Assembly (NCBI GenBank): GCA_965209035.1
Contig: OZ242372.1
Span: 1,472,001-1,536,000, forward strand
Length of the DNA: 64,000 nucleotides
From: Gammaproteobacteria bacterium
GTDB lineage: Bacteria > Pseudomonadota > Gammaproteobacteria > CBDBNL01 > JAAOII01
Direction: 5' to 3'
A program made the translations under genes and the position numbers. The notes below the pieces were generated by a model. That model was not told the origin of the DNA, searched no databases, and worked only from the letters and a program-made list of their open reading frames with translations. This document shows, piece after piece, positions 50,563-60,118 of this stretch (within the stretch, counting starts at the first letter, position 1; each line of letters starts with the position of its first letter).

Positions 50563-51090
50563 TCATTTTACGGATTTTTTTGATGCGCGGCGAACGGACG
50601 GACGCATCACACTTTTCCAAAAGGCGCCGCCGTTGAATCGGCGAATGCCGTAATAGGCGAGAGCCATACCGCCGAAAGCAAGGACGGGAATGAGTTCGGC
50701 GCGAAGGTGCAACCATTCTCCTCCCAGAGCAAACAAAAGCAAACTGAGCAGAGGCAGCAGATAAAGACAACAGGCGGCCAACGGCAGGGCATGCGGCGAA
50801 AAGGACAAAATCAAGATGTCGCCTTTTTTGTATTGATGTGTTCCGTGTATTTCCAAGGGGAAGATTCTTTTTTTACCGGCAAACAGACGAAAGAGGTTAT
50901 TTTGTTGACAACCCCGTCCGGCGGCACAAACCGAGCAATCCGCACAGGACTCCGGCATCACATAAACGATGTCTCTGATGCCGCTTTTAATGCCATTTTG
51001 CGCGGACACCGCCGTTACCAGGACTCGCTCTTCCTCGCCCCCCCGGTTTTTAGATTCTGCCATTCGTTTTTTATTACTCACTTGACTCAC
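50563..51090 (-). CDS. rseC: RseC/MucC (SoxR-reducing system) family protein
   Basis: SCADCSVCAAGRGC Cys cluster, YLLPL and two TM helices. Confidence 0.75.
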   Translation of the reverse strand: MSQVSNKKRMAESKNRGGEEERVLVTAVSAQNGIKSGIRDIVYVMPESCADCSVCAAGRGCQQNNLFRLFAGKKRIFPLEIHGTHQYKKGDILILSFSPHALPLAACCLYLLPLLSLLLFALGGEWLHLRAELIPVLAFGGMALAYYGIRRFNGGAFWKSVMRPSVRRASKKSVK

Positions 51091-51218
51091 TTGCTTGTAT
51101 GCTGACTGAAATATTATTATAAGAAAGCAAGTAAAATCCTAACAAATATTGCCCGAATTTGCTTATTTTCGGATTTTTTTGTTTAACGACTTTCGCCGGG
51201 CAGTTTCGGAGGTTTTTT

Positions 51219-53702
51219 CTAAGGACGCTGAATGGCGACCCCGCCGGGGGTGCAACGGATGGCCGGATATTGGGTAGCATTCCCGAGATCCCAGACGCGG
51301 ACGAATCCTTCCGCCGGCTGCGTCCCGCTTTCTCTCACCTCACTTGTGCCGGGTTTGCACCAGAAGTTTGCCCAAGCGGTATAGATGCTGTCAGTGAATC
51401 TGGTCGGGGTTTGCAGTTGGTCGGTGGTTCTTTGCCACATTTGCTCCGGCAAACGGGTGTTTGCGGGTATGTCCATAGTATCGTTATTCCAGTAGGAATT
51501 GTTGATATTGAAAAATGGCAGTGCTTGCTGGTTCGGAAATACGAATCCGGCCCGCGATAAAGTTGGAGAAACAATGCTATCAAGGGCCGCATAAGAGTTT
51601 TCAACCCATACGAATTCGCCGGTGCCATATTGGCCGTGTCCGATTAATCCGCCTACGGTGGATATACCGCCGCCGGTGCCGGATACCCGACCACCGGCCG
51701 CATAAGAGTTGTCAATGTCCAAGTTTCCACTCAAGCCGACCAGGCCGCCTATATTGATTTCGCCGGATACATCATTATTGAGAGCATAAGAGGTGTTCAG
51801 CCAAGGGCGGCGACCCGCCGGGCTCCCGGCGGGAATAGTAAAGCGACCTTGAAATTGTCCGACCAGCCCGCCCACATTGGCACTCCCGGTGATATTGCTA
51901 TGGATGACCGCCGTATTGATCGCCTCACTTTCTTCAAGGTACCCGGCAAGACCGCCCACATCGGTTGCATCCGATTTTAGCGCGGTGCCGGATACCAAAA
52001 TGTTTTCAAGACGCGTATTGCGCCCGCCATAACCCGCCAAGGTTCCCACATAAGTATTGCCGCCGCTGATGTTCGCGGCCAACAGGCGCAGGTTGCGTAG
52101 TGTGCCGTTTGTTGCGCTAAATAAACCAATGCCCTGGATATTGCCGGCTGCCGCGATGAACAGATTGGAGAGGTTATGATGGTTGCCGTCAAAGATACCC
52201 ATATAGCGTCGCGCAGGGCACATGCCTCCGCCCACGCAAGAACCGATGGGGGTCCATCCGCTGCCGTTTGTCCAAAGGGCCATATTGCGACTGCCCGGCG
52301 CATAGGAATTGGCATCGCTAAAATTTAAAGAACGCAACAATTCATAGCCGATACAACCGGCAACGGGGCAACCCGCATCGCCAATTGCATCAATTGCAGC
52401 AATATTGCCATCGTCCCTGCCATCGCCGTTGAGATCATCGCGCATCCGCGCCAACTCATCCAGCGTCCGGATATCTATCAAACTGTTGTTATTGTCATCC
52501 GCATCCGCATCATCTGCATAACCGTCATTGTCATCGTCCGGATCGCAAGCATCGCCCAAGGCATCACCGTCGAAGTTTGTCTGTTTGGGGTTGACGGTTG
52601 TCCGACAGTTGTCCGAAGGTGTCGTCCCGTCGGGTTCAAAATCCGGGATGCCGTCATTGTCATCGTCCGGGTCTTCGTCGCTGTCGCGGCAGCCGTCGCC
52701 GTCGTGGTCCGTGGTTTGATTGGAGGTCCAGTCGGTTGCGTTGCGCGCGCAAGCGTCCAACGGGGTCCCGTCGGGATTCAGGTCATTGACGCCGTCATTG
52801 TCATCGTCCGGGTCTTCGTCGCTGTCGCGGCAGCCGTCGCCGTCGTAGTCCGTGGTTTGACTGGAAGTCCAACCGATTTCCCCGGTGGGACAGAGATCCA
52901 AAGGAGTGATCCCGTCGGGTTCAAAATCCGGGATGCCGTCATTATCATCGTCCGGATCTTCGTTGCTGTCGCGGCAGCCGTCGCCGTCGTAGTCCGTGGT
53001 TTGGCTGGAAGTCCAACCGATTTCCCCGGTGGGACAGAGATCCAAAGGAGTGATCCCGTCGGGTTCAAAATCCGGGATGCCGTCATTATCATCGTCCGGA
53101 TCACAGGCATCGCCGATATCGTCTCCGTCCGAACTCACTTGCCTTGGATTGACTGTTGTCCGACAGTTATCCCGCGGTGTCGCCCCGTCCGTTTCAAAAT
53201 CATTGATGCCGTCATTGTCATCATCTTCATCCGTGCTGTCCGGATACTCATCGCCGTCCGTATTCATCCCCGGCGTGCGACGCAGGATTGCCGAAGGAAC
53301 CGTCCGTCCGGTTTCATAAATGACGGTTACTTGCAAAGTATGATTATGACCATTTATCAGATTTTCAATGGGATAGTTGACCCTTGCCAGAGCGGATACA
53401 TTCGTTTCCGATGAGGTAAGTTTTATGGTCATGTTACGGGTTGAGGTTGTATCGGTCCAGGTGATATTGAATTGATTGATATTGTTATGTTCGGGGTTGG
53501 TCCAGCTGACATTAATCACAGAGTCGCCCGGAAAGGCGGCGAGATTGGAAACGCTGTCGCGCGGCATATCGCCGACAGAAATAGTGCGTTTATTGGTGGT
53601 GAATTCACAGGCTGTGAGCGGAACAAACAATAGCCCGATGATCGATACAAACCGCAATAACGATGCTTCATAATTGCCAAAAACTGGACCGGCAAATCTC
53701 AT
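51219..53702 (-). CDS. Surface lipoprotein paralog 4 (Fn3-like, expanded TSP3-like repeats, GLUG repeats)
   Basis: LTAC lipobox, WTNP, many DxDNDG/DGDGC units, GYELLRSLNF, VGGL repeats and WDLG..QYP. Confidence 0.9.
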   Translation of the reverse strand: MRFAGPVFGNYEASLLRFVSIIGLLFVPLTACEFTTNKRTISVGDMPRDSVSNLAAFPGDSVINVSWTNPEHNNINQFNITWTDTTSTRNMTIKLTSSETNVSALARVNYPIENLINGHNHTLQVTVIYETGRTVPSAILRRTPGMNTDGDEYPDSTDEDDDNDGINDFETDGATPRDNCRTTVNPRQVSSDGDDIGDACDPDDDNDGIPDFEPDGITPLDLCPTGEIGWTSSQTTDYDGDGCRDSNEDPDDDNDGIPDFEPDGITPLDLCPTGEIGWTSSQTTDYDGDGCRDSDEDPDDDNDGVNDLNPDGTPLDACARNATDWTSNQTTDHDGDGCRDSDEDPDDDNDGIPDFEPDGTTPSDNCRTTVNPKQTNFDGDALGDACDPDDDNDGYADDADADDNNNSLIDIRTLDELARMRDDLNGDGRDDGNIAAIDAIGDAGCPVAGCIGYELLRSLNFSDANSYAPGSRNMALWTNGSGWTPIGSCVGGGMCPARRYMGIFDGNHHNLSNLFIAAAGNIQGIGLFSATNGTLRNLRLLAANISGGNTYVGTLAGYGGRNTRLENILVSGTALKSDATDVGGLAGYLEESEAINTAVIHSNITGSANVGGLVGQFQGRFTIPAGSPAGRRPWLNTSYALNNDVSGEINIGGLVGLSGNLDIDNSYAAGGRVSGTGGGISTVGGLIGHGQYGTGEFVWVENSYAALDSIVSPTLSRAGFVFPNQQALPFFNINNSYWNNDTMDIPANTRLPEQMWQRTTDQLQTPTRFTDSIYTAWANFWCKPGTSEVRESGTQPAEGFVRVWDLGNATQYPAIRCTPGGVAIQRP
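52640..53100 (-). repeat. 144-bp (48-aa) in-frame tandem repeat of the TSP3-like unit, about 3 copies
   Basis: DPDDDNDGIPDFEPDGITPLDLCPTGEIGWTSSQTTDYDGDGCRDS repeated; DNA match offset of 144 bp. Confidence 0.9.
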
Positions 53703-53757
53703 GTGTTAGCGCCTTTGATCATAAATTAATTACAAATTAACAAACCAAAATAATGTT

Positions 53758-54493
53758 GGGTCAAGACAACTTAAGGGGTTCTTTTCTCAATAACTTTAAC
53801 ATTATTTGATACAAGTTTTCTTTTCTGTGATTGAAACGAAACTCACATTCTTTCAGATGCAGCATAAAATGCTTTGTATGCACGCCGTGCATGCGCGCCA
53901 GTCGCATTTTGGTATATCCCCAGAAACTCTCCATGCTATTAATGTGGCGTGCCCCAACGGCAACCTCACCCGATGCGTGCCGCACGCGATAGTACTTCTT
54001 GTGTTTCATATCAATCAACCCCGTATAGCCGGGACAACTGTCGGAATGAATGATGTTGGCTTCATCCTCATGTCCGCGAATCACCCGCAATAGCTGCTTT
54101 TTGGATGAATTTGGTACAATTTCGGCGTACACCCGATTATTGTGTTTGCGAATACCGACGACAATTGTATTCTTACCGGCACCGCGTTCCGGTTCATTGA
54201 AAATAGACTGTAGTTCAAGATAGCTCTTCTTGGTTTTTGTTTCGCTATGCATATGTTCTTCGTCAAAAGATGCTTTCGCAATCCGGATACGCAATGCCAA
54301 TAAGTATTTATTCACCGATTGACGACTTAGACCGCTCAATTCGGCAATCTTGGTGGCTTCTAGATCCATCGCAAATAAGCGCACTAATTTACGAAACTTC
54401 CCTTCCGTAATTCTTGAACGAAAAATATAGCGATTTTTTCTTGTAGCTGAACACATTTCCAAGCATATGAGATCTCCTAAATTGTCTTGAACC
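53758..54493 (-). mobile_element. IS1595-family (IS1016-like) element, full length but probably inactive
   Basis: ORF 54462-53761 with IIHSD, HINSMESFW and LHLKECEFRFN; IRs GGGTCAAGACAAC / GGTTCAAGACAAT; imperfect 8-bp flanks ATAATGTT / TTAATATT; the first catalytic EvDEsY motif is eroded. Confidence 0.9.
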
Positions 54494-54731
54494 TTAATAT
54501 TATTATAGCATCATTTATAGGTTTACACACAAATTCATCCAATTTCTTTTGTCCCCGAATTGAGCGCCTTGTTGCGACAATGCCTCTGTTTCTGCCGGGT
54601 TGAATCCGACATGTCGACGTGCCCCCGGTCAAAAACTATGCGATAGACGGTAACAAGGAACAGATATGACATAATGAAAAGATGTTTACATGCTTTTTTG
54701 TTTTATCGGCTCTGCTGCCGAATGTGCCGGC

Positions 54732-55331
54732 ATGAAGAATCTGTTTCCGTCGGCTGCGAGAATTGACGGCGCGCGCCGTGCTCGTCAAAAAAAACAGCGC
54801 GCCTCGGTTGTGTGGTTCACCGGTCTAAGCGCTTCGGGAAAGTCTACACCGGCGTTTGCGGCGGATGAGGCTCTTACCGAACGGGGATATCATATATATG
54901 TGTTGGACGGTGACAATATCCGCGGCGACCTTAACAAGGATCTTGGTTTCTCGGATGCGGACCGGCACGAGAATATCCGTCGGCTTGCCGAAGTGGCGCG
55001 ATTGTTTGCGGATGCGGGGCTGATTGTTTTTGTCGCCAGTATTTCTCCGTTTGTCAGCGACAGACAGTTTGCAAGATCCTTGCTGCCGCCGACCGCTTTC
55101 GTTGAAGTCTATGTCAATGCGCCCTTTGCGGTGTGCCGGGCACGCGACCCCAAAGGTCTTTATGCCAAGGAGAAGGCGGGCGGGGTCCCTCGTTTCACGG
55201 GTGTGACTTCCGCCTATGAGCCGCCGCAAAATCCGGAACTGACACTGATGACAGCCGAAGAAAACGAGAAGCAATCTCTTGCCACACTGCTCGGTTATCT
55301 TGAGGATAGCGGACATCTCAGGCGATATTAA
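54732..55331 (+). CDS. cysC: Adenylyl-sulfate kinase
   Basis: WFTGLSASGKST, LDGDNIR, DLGFSDADRHENIRR and RDPKGLY motifs. Confidence 0.95.
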   Translation: MKNLFPSAARIDGARRARQKKQRASVVWFTGLSASGKSTPAFAADEALTERGYHIYVLDGDNIRGDLNKDLGFSDADRHENIRRLAEVARLFADAGLIVFVASISPFVSDRQFARSLLPPTAFVEVYVNAPFAVCRARDPKGLYAKEKAGGVPRFTGVTSAYEPPQNPELTLMTAEENEKQSLATLLGYLEDSGHLRRY

Positions 55332-55468
55332 GAGTTGCAGTCGACCTTTTTGTCAATTCACTTTACCAATATACCGGGTATGGCGGAATTCCTATTCGAG
55401 CCCGAGCCTGCGGGCGGGGAAAAAGATTTCTTCGGGCAAGTCGGAGTCAAAGTCAAAGTCAGAGTCAG

Positions 55469-56371
55469 TTGAAAAAAGCCGAACCTCGCGCCCCGGACGA
55501 AAAAAAAGAGTTATCCGTTCTTTTGCGGTATCTGACGGATCAGGTATGCTCCGAAGATGCCGACAGTCTGTTGTCTTTGGTGCGGGCGGCCGGTTTTGCC
55601 ATTATGAAATATTATCGGACGAAAGATCTTTCAATTCGTCAAAAATCGGATGCAAGCCCGGTAACTGCCGCGGACATAGCGTCCCATCTGTTGCTTAAGG
55701 CGGGATTGCCGAAGATTGCCGACCTGCCCATTTTGTCCGAAGAGGAAATTCCGCCCGCCACCGAAAGCACGGATTGGGACAGGTTTTGGTTAATAGACCC
55801 GTTGGACGGCACCAAAGAATTTATCCGCGGCAGCGCGGACTTCACAATTAATATCGCGCTCATTGATAAGAATGAACCTGTGTTCGGTATTTTGCATTCC
55901 CCGACCCGAAATCAAACTTACTACGCGGCGCGCGGCCTGGGGGCATTTTCGTTTTTCTCGCCGCATTCGGTTCGGCAATTGCAAGTGCGTCCGCCGGGGA
56001 ATACGGGGCATCGTTTTGTCAGCGGCTACTTTAATCAGGGCGGTAAAACGGAGCAGTTTGTTGCCGGATTGCATTTGGCGGCTCACAGGAAACTGGGCAG
56101 TGCAATCAAGTTTGGCTTGATTGCCGAAGGCAGTGCCGACATTTATCCGCGCTTCGGCCCCACTTCTCTTTGGGATACCGCGCCCGGTCAGTGTCTTGTG
56201 GAAGAAGCCGGCGGGGCGGTGTTGGGTCCCGATTTGAAGCCTCTGGTTTACAGCCCGCCGGCAGGTTTTGAAAATCCGCCGTTCATTGCTTGTGCTTATG
56301 TTGACGCAGCATGGAGCCCCGCTTGGCGTCACCTTGCAGCTGATATTCCTTCCCCTCCTTCGGTTTCTTAA
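55469..56371 (+). CDS. cysQ: 3'(2'),5'-bisphosphate nucleotidase
   Basis: KSDASPVTAAD, LSEE, WLIDPLDGTKEF and YPRFGPTSLWDTA motifs; start uncertain. Confidence 0.93.
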   Translation: MKKAEPRAPDEKKELSVLLRYLTDQVCSEDADSLLSLVRAAGFAIMKYYRTKDLSIRQKSDASPVTAADIASHLLLKAGLPKIADLPILSEEEIPPATESTDWDRFWLIDPLDGTKEFIRGSADFTINIALIDKNEPVFGILHSPTRNQTYYAARGLGAFSFFSPHSVRQLQVRPPGNTGHRFVSGYFNQGGKTEQFVAGLHLAAHRKLGSAIKFGLIAEGSADIYPRFGPTSLWDTAPGQCLVEEAGGAVLGPDLKPLVYSPPAGFENPPFIACAYVDAAWSPAWRHLAADIPSPPSVS

Positions 56372-56470
56372 TGCTTAATGCGCTATCCGGCAAGCCCCCC
56401 GTTGTTGGCGAACGAATGACCGTGTTATCTGTTCGGGTTCGGTTGTATTCTTTGTATTATTAGTATATTA

Positions 56471-57361
56471 ATGACAGATTGGATTCAAACAACTCTGCTC
56501 GCCTTCGTCCAGGGGGTGACCGAGTTTCTGCCGGTTTCCAGTTCGGCACATTTGGCACTGCCCGCCATACTCTCGCCGGCGATTATCCAACGCAGTCTGT
56601 TATTTGACGCCGCCTTGCACGGCGGAACACTGGCGGCGGCACTCGTATTTTTTCGGTCGGATCTGGTGCGATTATTTGTATCTTGTTTTTGGCAAACACG
56701 CGGCGGTACAAATGTCGCGGTAGCCGCGGCCCGGGAAGACAGATACTTTGTGGCAATGCTCGCGCTTGCGGCCCTGCCGGTGCTGGCGGCGGGATACCTC
56801 TTGGCGGATGTTGTTTCTTTGCTGCATCGCCTTCCCGTTATTGCCGGCACGACCTTCGTCTTTGGTTTGTTTCTTTGGCATGCGGTGCGGGTGTCACAGA
56901 AGCGGGCAAAAAGCAAAGGTTCGGTCGCCGAGATCTCATGCGAAAAGATCACTTGGGATCTTGCACTTTGTATAGGAGTGGGACAAGTTCTCGCTTTGGT
57001 GCCGGGTGTTTCGCGTTCCGGCATCACCATCACGGTCGGACTTTGGCTTGGCATGTCACAACGAGAGGCTGCCCGGTTTTCTTTTCTTCTTGCCGTTCCG
57101 GTCATTTTTGCCGCATCCGCTTACAGTTTTTGGCAATTGTTCACCGGTGATTCATCGCTCGTCTCTTCGGCGGATGCATCGGATGCATGGCGTCACGCTT
57201 TGTTCGGCGCATTGGTTGCGTTTGTTTTTGCCTATCTGACGATGGAATTCTTTTTCCGGCTGCTTGACCGCGTCGGCATGATGCCCTTTGTCGCTTATCG
57301 CCTGTTTCTCGGCGGCATCCTATTGTTATACTGGCTGTTTTTCCAAGGGGGGGCTTTTTAA
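56471..57361 (+). CDS. uppP: Undecaprenyl-diphosphate phosphatase
   Basis: QGVTEFLPVSSSAH, LHGGT, PGVSRSG, AARFSFLLAVP and FVAYR motifs. Confidence 0.96.
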   Translation: MTDWIQTTLLAFVQGVTEFLPVSSSAHLALPAILSPAIIQRSLLFDAALHGGTLAAALVFFRSDLVRLFVSCFWQTRGGTNVAVAAAREDRYFVAMLALAALPVLAAGYLLADVVSLLHRLPVIAGTTFVFGLFLWHAVRVSQKRAKSKGSVAEISCEKITWDLALCIGVGQVLALVPGVSRSGITITVGLWLGMSQREAARFSFLLAVPVIFAASAYSFWQLFTGDSSLVSSADASDAWRHALFGALVAFVFAYLTMEFFFRLLDRVGMMPFVAYRLFLGGILLLYWLFFQGGAF

Positions 57362-58050
57362 CGGGGGCATGCATGAAAGTTGTTTTATATTCGCACCGAG
57401 TATCATCATTGCAATAAGCATTCGGCAGTATTAATTTTTTTGGTAAAAGGCAATATTTCCGTTCAAACAGTCCTATAATTAACCTTGTTACCAGCTTTGA
57501 ATCTAACAGACAGGTGCTTGTCTGTAGTGAAAAGCCCAGCCCCCGACATTTCATGAATGTCGGGGGTGTCTTTTTAAGGGGGGCATGCATGAAAGTTGTT
57601 TTATATTCGCACCGAGTATCATCATTGCAACAAGCATTCGGCAGTATTAATTTTTTTGGTAAAAGGCAATATTTCCGTTCAAACAGTCCTATAATTAACC
57701 TTGTTACCAGCTTTGAATCTAACAGACAGGTGCTTGTCTGTAGCGAAAAGCCCAACCCCCGACATTTCATGAATGTCGGGGGTGTCTTTTTAAGGGGGGC
57801 ATGCATTAAAGTTGTTTTATATTCGCACCGAGTATCATCATTGCAACAAGCATTCGGCAGTATTAATTTTTTTTGGTAAAAGGCAATATTTCCGTTCAAA
57901 CAGTCCTATAATTAACTTTGTTACTAGCTTTGACCCGACAGACATGTTTATATGTGTCCGTTTGATAGTGAGAGGCATCGCCCCCCGACATTTCATGAAT
58001 GGCGGGGGTGCTTCTTTAATGAAGATATGCAAGTCGTTTTATATTCACAT
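57354..58050. repeat. 216-bp tandem repeat (3 units plus a degenerate start of a 4th), each with two hairpins
   Basis: GCATGCAT at 57367, 57583 and 57799; perfect 11-bp stem CCCCCGACATT-TCATG-AATGTCGGGGG at 57540 and 57756, with one mismatch at about 57982. Confidence 0.95.
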
Positions 58051-58140
58051 TCTTACGGAAATAGGCAGAGTCCAAAACCGGGCGGGGTGATACACCGGTT
58101 TTTAAGGTCATATCAAACTTAACAATACAATTAAGCAATA

Positions 58141-59982
58141 ATGAAAATAAACTTCTTGTCCTGTGGCAGTTCAACTTTCTGTTTCCGCAGTTTGTGGAAA
58201 TTAATTTGTGTTCCAATATGCCTTTCTCTCACTGCTTGCGGGGGCGGAGGCTTCATCATTTCTTCTGTTTTCGCGGTACTTATTCTCGCCGCTATTGGCG
58301 ACGGGTTAGAAGAAGACGACGGCAATAAGGGTAATCCCGCTCCCGCTTCCGCTTTAGCCGTGACAAACCTGACGGCTATCCCGAGCGAAACCGGCATTCG
58401 TCTTGGTTGGACTAATCCGGACCGGGATAACATCAACGCTTTTAATATTAGCCGGCAAGAAATACAAAACCCGACAACTCAAAGATTTTTCTTGGTCACG
58501 CGCGCCGAGCCGATGAATGTCAATTTCGCCCGCGAAGCAACAACGAGTTTTTTAATTGGCGGGTTGGACACCAATACAAGATATAATCTGGGGGTTCTTG
58601 TTATGTATGCCGACGGTAGCACGGCGCAGTCTACAGAGATTCTGGCCGCAACCGGCATTAATAGTGACAATGATAGCGAAATCGATTTTTTTGATAAGGA
58701 CGATGACAATGACGGCGTGGAGGATGACGCGGACAATTGCCGGCTGGTTGCCAATGCGGATCAAACCAACACGGACAATGCGAGTGACGGCGGCGATGCC
58801 TGTGATGTGGATGACGATAACGACGGCTTGATAGAGATCCGCACCACGGAAGAACTGAACAACATACGCTATAACTTGGCAGGCACGGGCTATATGCAGG
58901 CAGCCGGCGCCGCGGCGAATTCCGCAGGTTGTCCGGCGGGTTCGGGCTGCAACGGCTACGAACTCACTGAGAATATCTCGCTGGCGGGGGACGACTGGCT
59001 GCCGATCGGGGGCGATGATGATCCATTCACGGCGGACTTTGACGGTAACGGGAATGTGCTCTCTGATGTGGCCATAACAAATGAACAAAATGTTTTGGGG
59101 AATCGCACTTATATCGGGTTTTTCGCCCGAGTTATGGAGGCAAGTATCAAAAACCTTGGTATGGTGATGGAAGAATTATCCGCGGAAGAAACACCCGGGG
59201 GAACTTATTTTGGCGGCCTGAGTGGCAGTATCAACAACACTGAAATTGTAAATTCTTATATCATTTTTTCCGATGTTCTTTCTATTGAAGATGAGCAGCC
59301 CGGTACCTTTTTTGGCGGCTTGAGCGGCTTGGCTGACAACACCACAGTGGAAAGATTTTATGTCGTCCTCCCAAACAATATTTCTGTTCAAAAGAATTTA
59401 ACGGAACCGGGGACGCGGTTAACCATAGGGGGTATGTTTGGTGACAACGGAGAAGGCGGCATGCGGGGGACATCATCGCTTAGTAACTCTTATGTCATTT
59501 ACCGGGGTGACCCGGCAATTACGGCGACTACAACGACTGACCAAAACCTAACCGCCACTATAAACGGCTTTGGGACAGATAATGTGCGTGTGGAAAACTC
59601 CTATGCATTTTTTGCAGGCAGCTTACCCGTTGCGACGCCGGCGATAAACTTAACCTTGAGTATTTTACCCGGCAGTTCTTCGGTTCACAATTCTTATTTC
59701 AATGCTCGCACAGATACGGACGACCCAAGGCATCGTACTTCGGAGCAACTTCACTGTCCGACCGGCCCGAACGCAAACTGTGACGGCATGGGCGGGAATC
59801 TGACCGGCACCGACACCACTGCCAACACCACCTATGCCGGCTGGGATACGAACATCTGGGAGTTTGGTGACAATAGGACCTTGCCGACCCTAATCGGTTT
59901 GCCGTCCTGCCCGCCGGACTATGCTTCTATTGGCCCCGACCCCGACTCTGACTGCCGTTTCGGCTCGCCTTTGAATCCCTAA
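58141..59982 (+). CDS. Surface (lipo)protein paralog 5 (Fn3-like, TSP3-like, divergent GLUG-like domain)
   Basis: LTAC-GGGG, WTNP, DNCRLVANADQTNTD, GDACDVDDDNDGLIEI, GCNGYEL, FGGLSG and WEFG..LP. Confidence 0.88.
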   Translation: MKINFLSCGSSTFCFRSLWKLICVPICLSLTACGGGGFIISSVFAVLILAAIGDGLEEDDGNKGNPAPASALAVTNLTAIPSETGIRLGWTNPDRDNINAFNISRQEIQNPTTQRFFLVTRAEPMNVNFAREATTSFLIGGLDTNTRYNLGVLVMYADGSTAQSTEILAATGINSDNDSEIDFFDKDDDNDGVEDDADNCRLVANADQTNTDNASDGGDACDVDDDNDGLIEIRTTEELNNIRYNLAGTGYMQAAGAAANSAGCPAGSGCNGYELTENISLAGDDWLPIGGDDDPFTADFDGNGNVLSDVAITNEQNVLGNRTYIGFFARVMEASIKNLGMVMEELSAEETPGGTYFGGLSGSINNTEIVNSYIIFSDVLSIEDEQPGTFFGGLSGLADNTTVERFYVVLPNNISVQKNLTEPGTRLTIGGMFGDNGEGGMRGTSSLSNSYVIYRGDPAITATTTTDQNLTATINGFGTDNVRVENSYAFFAGSLPVATPAINLTLSILPGSSSVHNSYFNARTDTDDPRHRTSEQLHCPTGPNANCDGMGGNLTGTDTTANTTYAGWDTNIWEFGDNRTLPTLIGLPSCPPDYASIGPDPDSDCRFGSPLNP

Positions 59983-60118
59983 ACGGGTTGGGATACCCAA
60001 ATCCGGGCTGTCTTTTTAACGGGGCATGCCGACCAAAAAATATGCACTCAGTTTTTATGAAGGTGCACTATTGAGTTAGTCCGAACAGGGCATAACGGAT
60101 ACCGGGCAGACTGACGGA

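Noticed and set aside
57141-57899. 252-aa minus-strand ORF (and 121-aa plus-strand ORF) across the 216-bp array
   Set aside because: Openness follows from a unit length divisible by 3; it overlaps uppP antisense and breaks at a T-run in unit 3
57354-58050. CRISPR array (palindromic repeat at regular spacing)
   Set aside because: Sequences between the palindromes are near-identical rather than unique spacers, the period is 216 bp, and no cas genes are present
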